Shown here: positions 11,370 to 23,591 of the stretch, in pieces | Layout of the letters: each line of letters opens with the position of its first letter | Numbering within the stretch: position 1 is the first letter of the stretch | DNA from: Callorhinchus milii | Taxonomy: Eukaryota | Length of the DNA stretch: 64,000 bases | Direction: 5' to 3' | NCBI RefSeq assembly: GCF_018977255.1 | Contig: NW_024704743.1 | Coordinates: forward strand, 58,344,001 to 58,408,000 | Made by a program: the position numbers and the translations under genes | The notes under the pieces: generated by a model | Database searches by the model: none | What the model was told of the DNA's origin: nothing | What the model saw: only the letters and a program-made list of their open reading frames with translations

Positions 11370-11710
11370 ATAATATCTCCAAGCATTGTACAGTTTCCAT
11401 AAAATGTTGTGGCTATTTATTTGTAGGCAAACTCGATAGACAAATTACACATATCAAAGTTTTACAAACACATGACCACTTTTTATCTAGAGAATTGATA
11501 GTCAGGACACTAAAAGAAACTCTCTTCTCCTTATGAATAGTACTGTACCATGGGATCTTCTTGTCCACCTATTCAGTCAGTCAGAAACTTGGTTTAACAT
11601 TTCATCTGAAGGATAGCACCTCCAACAAAGCAGTGTTTCCCCACCAGTGTACTGGAGAATCAGCTTAGACAACATTCTGATTCGGAGGCAAGAGTGCTAT
11701 CACCTGAGCC
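11370..11710 (-). mobile_element. Deu-domain SINE (old)
   Basis: ccatgggatctt...tttaacatttcatctgaaggatagcacctcc. Confidence 0.7.
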
Positions 11711-12507
11711 GGTTAAAGAACCCCAAAGTACTCTATGTCTCATATCTGTCAACTGAATTCTAGATTTAACTACTATCTATTAACACAAGAGGATTCCCTC
11801 CCATTTGGATAACTACAGATAAAGAACAGTTACTTTAGTGAGGTACTAAAGGGCAACAGTTGTAATGAAGCTGTATCTCATTTTGAGTCAGTGCTTTATT
11901 GTGGAGGAGGAGGAAACATTGAAAGAGGAAATGTAAAACAATGTTAGATCTGTTTGCTAACACTAACCCTCCGTTAAAGTGACAATCCCAGAATCAAGGG
12001 ACACAGTCTACTGCAAAGTGGCAAACCCAACCAATGGTACAGGACTCTTCAACCAGAAGAATAAATATTTTATATAGAGACTGGAACGTCCTCCAGACAT
12101 GAAAATCTCTACACCAAAAGCAATGATTTTTTATAAACAAACTCCTAAGAATAGATTGTTCTTTTATACGTGTGAGAACACAGAACTAGTATTATCTGCA
12201 GCAGTTGCAGCCCATATCCTTAAATGTCGCATCTAGGCCTTCTGGCAAAACTCATAAATTCTGAGCGCTCTGTAATGCTACCTTGCATGGAGAGCACTAT
12301 GTAAGTGCAAGTTGTTGTAAGTTGCAAATTCCACAGCTGTGGAGATAAAACTTATGATCAGCAAAATAGTTTGAGAGTATCATCTAATTTTAACGACCAA
12401 ATGTTGTATATGGCCAGATATGTACAAATACATTGTGTTCCCAAACAAAACAGGACCCCAAAACATTTAGTAAGTCAAGTCTGTATGAATTTTGATCAGG
12501 AAGAGTA

Positions 12508-12796
12508 TAATAATAGTAATCCTTGCATTCGATATAACGCCTTATTACGTTGTTGAGACATCTCAAAGCGCTTCACAGAATATACTGGGAAGTGGATTGA
12601 CTGTGTATTTTGTATGCAAAACGTGGCAGCCAATTGCGCACAGCAGTGTCCCACAAACAGTCATGGATTGAGTGACCAAATTTTTTTTTGAAGGGATTAT
12701 TACCCACTGGAATGTGATCTGACAATTGACTAACAACTGGATTCCAACTTACTGATCCGTAAACAGAGGTGCGTGGAGTAAGGAAACTTGCCTAAG
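12508..12796 (-). mobile_element. tRNA-SINE (long variant), head missing
   Basis: Matches 1000-1516 up to gtaaggaaacttgcc. Confidence 0.8.
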
Positions 12797-12797
12797 T

Positions 12798-12945
12798 ATC
12801 ATAGAATCATAGAAGCATACAGCACAGAAGGAGACCATTCGGCCCATCGTGCCTATGCTGGCTCTTTGAAAGAGCTGTCTAAATTATTCGCATTCCCCTG
12901 CTCTCTCCCCATAGCCTTGCAAATTTGTCTTCCCCAAATATCTAT
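12798..12945 (-). mobile_element. CR1 3' terminus of a second CR1 family ((TTCTATGA)n tail)
   Basis: atcatagaatcatagaagcatacagcacagaaggagaccattcggccc. Confidence 0.7.
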
Positions 12946-13049
12946 CGTGATTCAGATGAAGTGAGGCTCTTTCCTATTTTTAATGAATTAAAAATGATTT
13001 TTAAATTTAATGATGCATAATAATTATACTATTGGCAGGGTTGTCTTCT

Positions 13050-13760
13050 GTCTGATCTTAGCATTACATAATCCTGCCTCCATCCATAAGACAACTATGA
13101 ATACATGTTGAAAGATGAAGAAAAAGGTGAAAATTCATATTAATTAGGTTCTGTGATAGAGGAGATACAAACTTACTCCAGGTATTAAGTAAAAGAGTGT
13201 CAGTACAGATGTTTATATTGATTTTGAGATTTTACCCTATATAGAATATAGCATATAAATGCAAATTGTGTATTGTTTGTTCAAACCTAGCAATATTCAA
13301 GAAATTATTCATGAGAATTGATGACAGATTTTATTGATGCATTGTGCTTATTTACAACAGTTGATTTAGGTGTTTTTATTGTCAGATTGATTCGACCAGC
13401 TAATCCGTACTTAAACTTTAAGGCCATTTTTCCAATAATAACCTGACATTTTGTTCTGCTGGAACATTTATCAACCTTTTCAAGATCAATGGAGTAAATG
13501 TGACAACTATAGTTGTCTACTTGTTTCATATCAACAAGTCTATGTCATCACACAGTCTATTTCATCTTCATTGAATGAATCCCAATAAATCCTGAAAAAA
13601 GTAGGTTGTGAGGTCCTCTTCACACCCATCTAACATTATTGCGATCCTTAACCAGAGGAACGAATACACATACTTCTTAAGAAGTCTGGCAATATCATAC
13701 TGCATTTTAAATTTTGCCTTGTTATAGTCCTGAACATTGCAAATTCCAATTGAATAAGGA
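13050..13760 (-). pseudogene. Ancient AT-rich LINE reverse transcriptase fossil
   Basis: ORF 13305-13529 reads VDNY..IYSIDLEKVDK...KFKYGLAG..VVN...SVINS, a decayed version of RT motifs LDFxKAFDKV / KLxxYGIxG / VxSGVPQG in the expected order. Confidence 0.5.
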
Positions 13761-15544
13761 ATTACTTTATCTTACAAACTTAGCCACCTATCGCTTGTAA
13801 ACTGTGCAAAATAAATAAACCTCAAAGCAATATTGCATATTGAGTTTTGTAACTTTAGAGTTTTAATGATTAATTCAGCATTTGCCTCACAAATAATTGA
13901 ACAGTGGAAATAACAACTCATTAACTACTTAAATGCATATATATAATCTCAAGAGATTCTTAGATTTGTGACTTCTCAAACTAAAGTAACTAGCATTAAT
14001 AATAATATAATAAAAATCCTTACATTTTATATAGCACCTTTCATATTGGGAGAAACCTCCTCCCCAATACCTATAAATGTATCTCAAGAATCAGAGTGCA
14101 GACTATTTGGGTTCTGGAAAACGTTGTACAAAATCTACAATAGAGGTTCGGTAGCAACGTGTGGTGGGTAAAGATAAAGAAGAATGGTGTAAGCAATGGG
14201 TTGATGACTGTGCTCATAAGAAACCTCCATGTCAGCATAAGAAAACACCATTAGTTCTAGTTCAGACAATGAAACCTTTTTGGAATTATAGCCATGGGCA
14301 TTATGGGCCCATTGCTTTTATCTAAGAATGGAAATCATTTCATGCTGGTCTGCAGTGATTATTTTATTAAATGGACTGAAGCTTTTTCTACACCTAATGA
14401 AGAAGCTGATACTATGGACAATTGTGGTTAATGAAGTTACAGGAAGAAATGGCGGACTGTAGGTTAGATCCACGTAGTTCATTCAGTCTTGAATCATGAC
14501 AAAATATATCCATGGCTACAAACTAAAGTAATAAGTATGATTATTATTTAAACTCTGGTTGGTTGAACATGACAGTATCACTGGTTATGTCTAACATAAT
14601 GTGTAAAGGTTATTATTATAGTCAAAGCTCTCTGATATTAGGTCAGCAGGATAAGTTCTTCTGAGTAGAGAGTACACATTCCATACCAGATAAACAAACA
14701 AATGTACCTCCTCCTGATGTGAAATGTGCTGTATTAATGTAAATTGTATTGTTATTTATATTGCTGTAGTGTGTGTGTGTGTTTGTATATGTGTGTATGA
14801 GGACCTATCAGTAGTTTGATTTAAAAGTTTTAGACAAGAAATGGCTTTCCACATACTATATATCAGACACCAGGCTGGCCAAAAACATTATGGTTGAAAA
14901 AATAACAGCACATATTTATCAGAGATAATTATGGATTTTGGAATTATTGTAGCAATTTCCATAAGTTACAATGCTTGTTTATGCTGCGTGGAAGAGAAGC
15001 CATCATGACAATTAACAGCAGGCGATTCATGATCCTATGGAATTTCCTTCACAGGCATTAATGTGCGCTGGCTAAGGAGATGCAAAAGACACCAGAGACC
15101 AATTAAACCTAACAAATGTGCAGCAATAATACACCAACACAAGTGGTTCAAATATTCATTCTTCCGCCTTTTTGCTGTTACACATCAGTCCCAACCAAAT
15201 AATTCTTTTGTGCAATCATTATGGGGCCTTACGTAAGTCTAGTTTGATTCCTAATGCAATACAGTTTGCATTATATAGCACTTTTTATGTTGGGAGGCCA
15301 TCTCAAAGCATTTGGCTGCTGGCTAGGCACATTACGATGTGTAACATAGAATAAAACCAACACAGGCAGAAAATGTGCACTGTAGGGGTGAAAGATGTAC
15401 CTATGTGATGATTATCACCAATGGTAATTGTCAGATAGTGGGACATTCCGTTCCTTGCCCAGTGTACCGCTTCATAGACATCAGTGTTCCCAGGTGGGTA
15501 ACGTCATGTTAGGATCCTAAGGAGCTTTATTTATTATTATTATT

Positions 15545-15810
15545 ATTAATAATAATAATCTTTCCATTTAATATAGTGCTTTATCATGTTTTTGAAAAAT
15601 CTCAAAGAGCTTCACAGAATGTACTGCAAAGTGTAGTGACTGAGTATTTGGAGATGAATGTGGCAGCCAATTTGCGCAAATGTGACATGGGATCTTTAAC
15701 CTTCACCTGAACAGACAGATGGACCTCAGTATAAAGTCTTATCCAAAATACACCACCTCCCACAATGCAGAGCACACCCACCACTGTACTGAAATGTCAG
15801 TGTAGAAGAG
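15545..15810 (-). mobile_element. Deu-domain SINE, internally deleted
   Basis: L2-type tail plus catgggatctttaac core. Confidence 0.7.
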
Positions 15811-15870
15811 GAGCTCAGTGTCTCAAAGATATATTTCAGCATTTCTGTCTCTCCTTTTTTTCAACTGCAG

Positions 15871-15936
15871 CATCAGGAGATCCAGGAAGAGCTAGACAGG
15901 CAGAAAAGCACAGATTGGTATGAGTGAGCACACCAG
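15871..15936 (+). other. Candidate spliced exon (non-coding or stop-containing)
   Basis: Polypyrimidine tract + TGCAG acceptor at 15870, purine-rich body, CAG|GTAAGC donor. Confidence 0.4.
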
Positions 15937-16478
15937 GTAAGCCTTGGATTTGGTCTCTGGAAAAGTACACTGGCGCTGGAAGCCCATCTGGGATAGTCTA
16001 TGCATTTCAGACATTTGCTTATTGGCAGATGAAACAGGAAAATGTGTTTTTTTTAAATTGTTATTATCACTGAGTAATTTTATTTGCAGTTTACAATATT
16101 TCTGTCTGTGGCTTAATGCATTTTATCAAGCACAGAAACAATCTAATAATCGTCGAAGTTTCACAATTGCCCAGATAAGACATATATTATTGGAAGCCAG
16201 AGATTATATTGTGAGAGTTCAAACTGAAGATTCAGAATGTGTTATTGCAACCAAAGTAAGAATTTGGGGTCTAAATTCCACCTATCTTAGCCCACAGGAC
16301 CATTTTGTCTTCCAAATTAAAGCTGAATTAAAGAATGTACAACAATTCTCCTCGATTTTAAATTTTAAGACAAAAAAGTGTGAGGTTGTAATGGGACTGG
16401 AGATCTGGAGATGTGAACTTGTTGAGGAAGCCTACCAAATCCAAAACCTTTCCATATAGATTTAAGTTACTACCTTGA

Positions 16479-16539
16479 GAGGACATGTAGAATCTGATAC
16501 ATACATTCAATGTGTATGTGTCAGATTCTGTATGTCCTC
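16479..16539 (+). other. 61-nt fold-back hairpin
   Basis: 27-28 consecutive pairs including G.U wobbles, with a 5-7 nt loop. Confidence 0.8.
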
Positions 16540-17277
16540 CTTTCTTGACAGTCTTTAAAAGGGCTGATAAATGTGATATGGTGTGAAAATTATCACATTG
16601 CTAAAAATTGCGGTCAAACCAGTTGATAGCCAATGTTTGGCCCAGGTGTGCGACCCTTTCCCCCTGTCTTCAGCCTGAAGCTGTTTAAAGCCTTTGGCCT
16701 ATGACAGCATGGTGTATGAGTGCAATAGCAATATAACTGAATCTAGTATCCTATGAAGAAGCAATCAAACTCTGCTGATCACTTAGAGTACCATCATTGT
16801 GCCAAAGTCTCACCACCAGCCATGAGCTGATTGTCCAGTTAATCCAGTGGATTGTTGACCAGGACGCAAGGAACTACGGAGTCCTTAACGTCTATCTGAA
16901 AAATAGACAGAGAGAAAGAACCATAGTTTAACATCTCATCCACAAGTCGGCATCTCTAACAGTGCTCCCTCCCCCAGTTCTCCACTTGAATGTCTGCCTG
17001 GACTGTGAGCTCAAGTCCCTACATGGGGCATACACCACAATTTTCTTACCTAAAGATTGGAGTGGATATATTGGAGTGGCAGTTGTTGTTGAAGTGCTAC
17101 CAACAGAGCTTAACTGACACTAGTTCCTTATTTACTGCATCCTCTTAGATCACACGGCTCGGCATCGTGTTCCATCACTATCAAGCACTCTGAGGCTCCA
17201 CCACTACCTTGCATGAGGGGTGTTACATCAATACAAGTTGTTATTGCTGCATGGCTCCTGACGTAATAGCTACACTT

Positions 17278-17345
17278 TCAGCACCTTGGGACGTCCTCCT
17301 GACTTGAAAGGCACTTTATAAATGTAATCTTGTTGTTGTTGTTGT
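17278..17345 (+). mobile_element. Very short L2 3' tail
   Basis: cagcaccttgggacgtcctcctgacttgaaaggc...(GTT)n. Confidence 0.8.
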
Positions 17346-18109
17346 AAACTGACTCATAGTTGCACATAATGAAAGAGTTTGTGGAATATGGCAATACAGG
17401 GACTCAGGGCCAATACTACACAATACTGGACTATAGTAATAGCCTTCAAACTAAGAACCTCCTTTAGGATGAATATATCTTTAGGCATGTTGTCCAGCTC
17501 TGATTGACATTCTGCTTGCATCTTTAAACTAAATATTAGGAGTGCAGCTGAACGTTTTTCACCCAAACTGTTCATTAACAAAAGGCCTCGGAACTTAAAA
17601 TCTTATCATTTTCAGTGAAAAGCACTTCCAGCCAGACATCAGCCAACTCGAGCCCAGATTATACTTTAGGGTTAATTTCACTTGGATCAGTGTTATTGAA
17701 ACCCAGCATGTTTCCTCAGTAGTCATACAAAACAGGAGCATTAATCATCAATTAGGCCACTTAACAAGCAACAAGCACAAATACACTTCTACCATAGCCA
17801 AAGCAATGCTCAGCATTTTGATCTGCTGTCCTCAACACTTTTGCTTCCACTTTACTGCAACAAACAAAACACAGTATTTTCGCCTTAATGGCACCTCTAG
17901 TAGCCTGAACAAAACGTCCAAATAGATCCCTCTGAATTCCATCTCTTTCCCCTGAATATATTTCAATCTATTCGTTCACCTACAAATATACAGTCTCTAT
18001 GCTTAGGAATGAAAACTCATAAAGCACTTTGAGATGTTGCAGCAATGTGATAAACACTATATCAAATTCAAGGATTATTATTAAATTAATTAAATATTAT
18101 TTTCATACA

Positions 18110-18430
18110 ATTTAATAATAATATAATAATTCTTGCATTTGATATAGCGCTTTTCACGTCTTCTATATGTCTCAAAACGCTTCACAGAATAGACTGTAAA
18201 GTGAATTGACTGTATATTTGTGGGTGAAATGCAGCAGCCAATTGCACAGAGCAGTGTCCCACAAACAGTCATAGATTGAAATGAACAATTTATTATTGAT
18301 TTTTTTTGAGGGATTATTATCAGGCGTGTGAATTAAGGAAACTTGCCCAAGGTTTCATCCTGCTGGGAATCGAACCCAGGTCTCTCGCTTGCAAAGCAAG
18401 TGCTGTAACCACTGAACTACAGGACTCCAC
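18110..18430 (-). mobile_element. tRNA-SINE (short variant), full length
   Basis: Box A/B head, (ATT)n tail. Confidence 0.88.
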
Positions 18431-18729
18431 TCCACGCAAATTTGGCACAATTTGCACATCTCTTACATTTATTGAGATTGATTATAAGAATCTAGGTCCC
18501 AGCACTGACCCTTGAGGTGGCTTTACTGTTTATAGTTATCCAATGAGAGCTACCAATACAACACAAATTACATTTGTATAGCATCTTTCACGTCGAGAAT
18601 ATGTCCCAAAGCGCTGGACAGACAGGGATTTGGACCCAAGCTGGGGGTCAGGATCAGGAAGGGTGGAGGGCAGGGAGGGTAGGAGGGTGGACGAAGGCTC
18701 GGTCGAACAGGAGGGTTTTGATGCTGAAA

Positions 18730-19450
18730 ATTCCCTAGTCCTATCAGTTAACCAATTTATTATCCAATTTGCTGCTTCTTTTTAACTGAAGAGACAGGTT
18801 AGTCACAAATCTTTTATGAGGCACGAATCAAATGCCTTCCAATAGTTAAGGTCGATAATATTACCCACATTAACATCCCCCACTAATTCTGCTACATTTT
18901 AATGACTTCCCATAAATGTGTTTGGGATGACGTGCTTTTCACAGCCCATGTTGGTTTGAAATTATTGCCTTTATTCTTATTAAATGGATTTAAATTGCTT
19001 TTTTTTCTAATAGACTACAGTGTTTCTCCTACTACTAACAGCCCTTTAATTTCCAATATCAGGCTTCTGACCCTTTCTGAAAATGTTCCCATCTTCTCAT
19101 ATTCACTCCTGTATTTAATGAGCTGTGAAAAAATTCAGCATCAGCTCCCCCTACTTCCATCCTCATTTCCTTAAGTACTTTTGGATACTTCCCATCTGGT
19201 CCAGTTATCCTATGATTATTCAAGCGCCCCAGTCTTTTTAATGACCATTCATTACAAGTCAGTATTTTGCTCGCAAATTCAAAAGCATCTCCTGTCTTTA
19301 TCAGATTCTATTGGAGTTCTCTCTGATGAAAATTGTTAATTAAAATCTTGAGATTTCCACCCTGCTGCTTTCACCTCTATCTCAGTTCTTTTGTTCTTTA
19401 CTACTTTCTCGACTGTGGGTAAGGCCTTAAAGCATCTTCTTTTTATTCCT
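18730..19450 (-). mobile_element. Old CR1 RT fragment
   Basis: Minus strand shows QHG and KAFDS-/PHKR-like remnants. Confidence 0.55.
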
Positions 19451-19859
19451 CTTATTCAGCATTTGTAGAGGCTGTTTGACGGTGAATTGTTATAATGTTA
19501 GTAGCAATACATGCCAAATGTTTTTCTTAACTCTATCTTTGCCCAAATGGAGATGGGCAATACATGCCAGCACACATATATTGCCATTACAACCTAGCAA
19601 TTTGCCAGCACGTATTGGGCATCTCCAGCTGCTTTGATAAAGTGGTGGTGTGTCTTCTCTTAAAACCGCTGTAGTCCAGTGGTGATGGTGCTCCCAAGAC
19701 GTTGGTCAATAAGGCGTTCAACAATTAAGACCCAGGGATGATGTGCAGTATAATCGGGGATTCAGACAATTTAACACTGGAGGTAGAGCCACAATCCTTA
19801 CACTTCAGGTGGCTTCAGGAGCGATGGGATTTTCACCAACTAACAGGATAACATAACCT

Positions 19860-20215
19860 TCAAATCTCGCCGTGGTCTTGCCTCACTCTATCTCTGCAAC
19901 CTCCTTCAACTCTACCAACTCCGCCGCTCTATGTAACCCGCCTTATCCACCCCACTGTTGGCGGGTGAACTTTCAGCCATTCTGACCCGTTTTCCAGTAC
20001 TCCATTCCAGAGTCCTTTCAACTCGTTCCCTCCCTCCCTCATTCAAGGTCAGTGTCAAGATGTGCCTTTCTGCCTGTGCTTTCAATCATCTTCTCTTTCC
20101 CTACCGCTTTTAATTTCTCCCCCCAGCTTGAGTGCCCAGCCAGCAGTGTTAAGCACTCTGAGACATTGCCCCAATGTGAAAGGTGCTATATAAATGTAAA
20201 TTGTATTGTAATTGT
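19860..20215 (+). mobile_element. Old L2 3' fragment
   Basis: Ends ...gtgaaaggtgctatataaatgtaaattgtattgt. Confidence 0.65.
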
Positions 20216-20337
20216 ATTATATAATGAAATGCAACTGGCGTAAATAGTGCTTGTAACAGTTATTTTTTTTCATTCAATCTCTTGTATTAAAGATGCACTG
20301 TAAAATGTACCATCTCTGTGAATATATAATAATACAG

Positions 20338-20766
20338 CAACAACAACAACAAGATTCCATTTATAGAGTGCCTTTCACGTCGGGAGGACGACCCAAGGCG
20401 TTGGGTTAGGACCCGAGCAGGGGGGACATGGTCAGGGTGAGAGGAGGGAAGGGAAGGAGCGAGGAGGGGGGAAATGGTCAGGGTGAGGGGAGGGAAGGGA
20501 GGGAGCGAGGAGGGGGTAGAGAGTCGAGAGGGGAGCTGAAGGCACGGTCAAAGAGAAAGGTCTTGAGACCGGCCTTGAAGGAGAAAAGGGAGGAGGCGGC
20601 GAAGGCACTGGGGGATAGAGTTCCAGAGCCTCGGGACTGAGAGGCTGAAGGCCCGGCCACCGATGGTAGGGCGGTTGGGGCGGGGGATGTGGAGCAGACC
20701 GGAGCCAGAGGAACGGAGGGTACGGGCAGCTGGGTAGGGGGATAGTAGGTCAGAGAGGTAGGAGGT
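20338..20766 (-). mobile_element. Young L2 3' end (5'-truncated)
   Basis: Near-identical to reverse complement of ~9635-10074. Confidence 0.92.
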
Positions 20767-20946
20767 AATAATAAATTGGTCACTTCAATCCACGACTGTT
20801 TGTGGGACACTGCTGTGCGCAATTGGCTGCCGCATTTCGCCCACAAATATACAGTCAATTCACTTTACAGTATATTCTATGAAGCGCTTTGAGACGTCTA
20901 GAAGACATGAAAAGCACTATATCAAATGCAAGGATTATTATTATTA
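20767..20946 (+). mobile_element. tRNA-SINE 3' half, fused directly to the L2 fragment
   Basis: aataaattggtcacttcaatccacgac...gcaaggattattatt. Confidence 0.88.
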
Positions 20947-21499
20947 TTTATTTTAATATCTGTAGACTCTTAATTAAAATAGAGTGGAAAACTACTGAAC
21001 GATTCAGTCTTTATGATTACAATAGCCTCGGAATTAGACCAGAATTGTGGCATTTCTATGAATAGATATTCAATCCTGCAGCATTAATATCGTTCATGCA
21101 GGTGCCTGAGCTAAGCAAGACAGTCAGGTAGAACTTGCACACGCTTGGGGGATGTGTTTGTCACAGCGCTGAATATTTCTTTCAGAAAATAATATTTTGG
21201 GACATTATAATAATTATTAGTTGGGGATACAGTATATGAGTAATTTGAGTCATGACATATGGCAATTGTCATGACGTACGTTAACTGTAGTATGGTAATA
21301 TGCTTGGGAGAAACAAGCAATTTTGGACCTATGGTTCCGAAAAGCTTTCTACCACTGGCGTGTTTTTCTTGCCTCTTGCCTGAACCTGTTGTAGACAAAT
21401 CAATAGAGATTCATTGCCATGATTAGTCAATTACCAGAATAGTAGAAGGAAAACTAGATGGATCTTGGTCTTTTTTCATTCAGCAATTCCGATGTTTCT

Positions 21500-21840
21500 A
21501 ATAATCTTTGAGTTTGGTATAGCAGCTTTCACTGTCAAGAGGACATCCCAAAGTTCTTTATGGGATATACTGTAAAGTGTGGTGACTGTGTATTTTGCAG
21601 GCAAAACATTGCATACAATTTGCACTTAGCAATATCGCTCAAACAGCAATGAAATGATTGATCCATTTTATTGTTGGCAGTGACACTAGAATTAATCCCC
21701 CTCTCTTTGTTTAATAGTGCCATGGGATTTTTAATCTCTGCCTGAACAAGTTGACGGGTCTTTGTTTTACATCTGATCTGAAGGATGGCACCTCCAACAA
21801 TGCAGCACACCCCCAGACCTGCATTGGAGTCTTATATTGA
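21500..21840 (-). mobile_element. Deu-domain SINE (old)
   Basis: agtgccatgggattttta...ctgaaggatggcacctccaac. Confidence 0.72.
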
Positions 21841-22615
21841 ATAAGCCCCTCTCCCTTTCCAGGGAGTCTGTTGGACAAAAGTACATATGCTTTGAACAGA
21901 ACAGTTTTAATGCTATTAAATAACATATAATAACATTGAAACAAAATGATTTTAATGCAATGTTTGGTTTGTTTTTTTGGCCCTGGTTTATAGTGATGTA
22001 GAGATAGAAATTTTCACCTGAGTCGAGGTTTACTTTGACTATGCAGAATTTGCCAAATTCTTCAATACAGCCTTAATTTTGAAGTCAAGTTTTCTTTCTC
22101 ACAACACTATCTGGCTTGGAGCACAAAGGTAACACTCCAGTAGTAAAAATGGCATTGCCATTCCTTGCTTTTTTCCAGGATCACCTTTACAGCAATGTGT
22201 TCTCCAGTCCTCCTTGTTTGATTGTCTCCTTAACTACATTTAATTGCATTCTCCGCCATCCCAATGCAAAATACTCAACAATAAACTCAATGTTTATAAG
22301 GCGATCATCATTTTTTAATTGTCATCCAGAAGCAATTATTCTAAAATTAATATTCAAATTAAATATTGATGACAGCCTTTCCAGTGGATACATTGCTGCA
22401 TTGTGCTTGTGAATCCATTGCGATGAATTACTGATAATAAATGCCACTGCCGATTTCAGCAGGAAACAAGACTAGAAAATGCAGTTAAGTCAAACGAAAG
22501 GAGTTATACTCCATTTATCAGTAAATGTATTGATCTTTCGCAGCAATTCTGCATTATTCTCTCTCTGTATTTAACAACCTTTGGCAGTGTGCACTTATAT
22601 TATAGACCAAGTCAG

Positions 22616-23580
22616 ACAACAACAACAACAATTTATATTTATATCATGACTTTCATGTCAGGAGGACATCTCAAAGAGCTTTAAACTGCTGACTGGGAGC
22701 CCAAGCTGTGTGTGTGTGTGGTGGTGGGGGTAAGCAGGCAGGGGAGGAAGCTGGTTGAAATAGAGAGGGAATCTCAAAGTGCGGTGGGTTTTGAAGGTAG
22801 GGAGAGAAGAAGCAAGCAGAAGCACTCCAGGATTGAGTACCAGAGAACAGGAACATAGTGGCTGAAAGTTCACCCACTGATTGTGGGACATAGAAGGCAG
22901 GGGATGTGAAACAAGATGTTATCTGCTGAGCGGTGGGAGCAGCTGGGGTAAAATAATAATAATATTCCTTGCATTTGACATAGTGCCTTATCACATCTTT
23001 GAGGCGCTCGTCAATGGTTGTCCCAGAACAGCTGCATACCCCAATGTCCTCCGCACCGGTCTCCCCAACCTCCACTATCCACAAAATCCAACTAATTCAG
23101 AGCTTTGCTGCCCATATACTCACTTGAACTAAACAACAACAACAACAACAACAACAAGATTCCATTTATAGAGCGCCTTTCACGTCAGGAGGACGTCCCA
23201 AGGCGCTGCACAGTTGGGTCATGACCCGAGCAGGGGGGAAATGGTCAGGGTGAGGGGAGGGAAGGGAGGGAGAGAGGAGGGGGGAAATGGTCAGGGTGAG
23301 GGGAGGGAAGGGAGGGAGCGAGGAGGAGGAAGAGAGTTGAGAGGGGAATCTCAAAGTCTGTGCCCTCATCAAATCAAGCCTCACCAGGCTCCACTGGCTC
23401 CCTATCATAGAATGGATTGACAAGATTATCACGCTTGTCTACAAATCCCTTCATGCCCTGGCACCGCCTTACCTCTCCGACCTGTTTACTCCCCAACCCA
23501 CTACCCGCTACCTCCGCTCGATTGGCTCCTGCTTGTTCCTTGTTCCCTCTGCTCCACCATCAGTGGCTGCGCTTTCAGCC
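22616..23580. mobile_element. Cluster of L2 3' fragments in both orientations, including young L2 tail 23133-23346 (-) and a SINE tail
   Basis: (AAC)n tails at ~22617 and ~23133; LHWLP-like remnants on +. Confidence 0.75.
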
Positions 23581-23591
23581 AACAACAACAA

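Noticed and set aside
15944..16459. 171-aa ORF
   Set aside because: TTG start, AT-rich, no recognisable motif; begins just after a splice donor.
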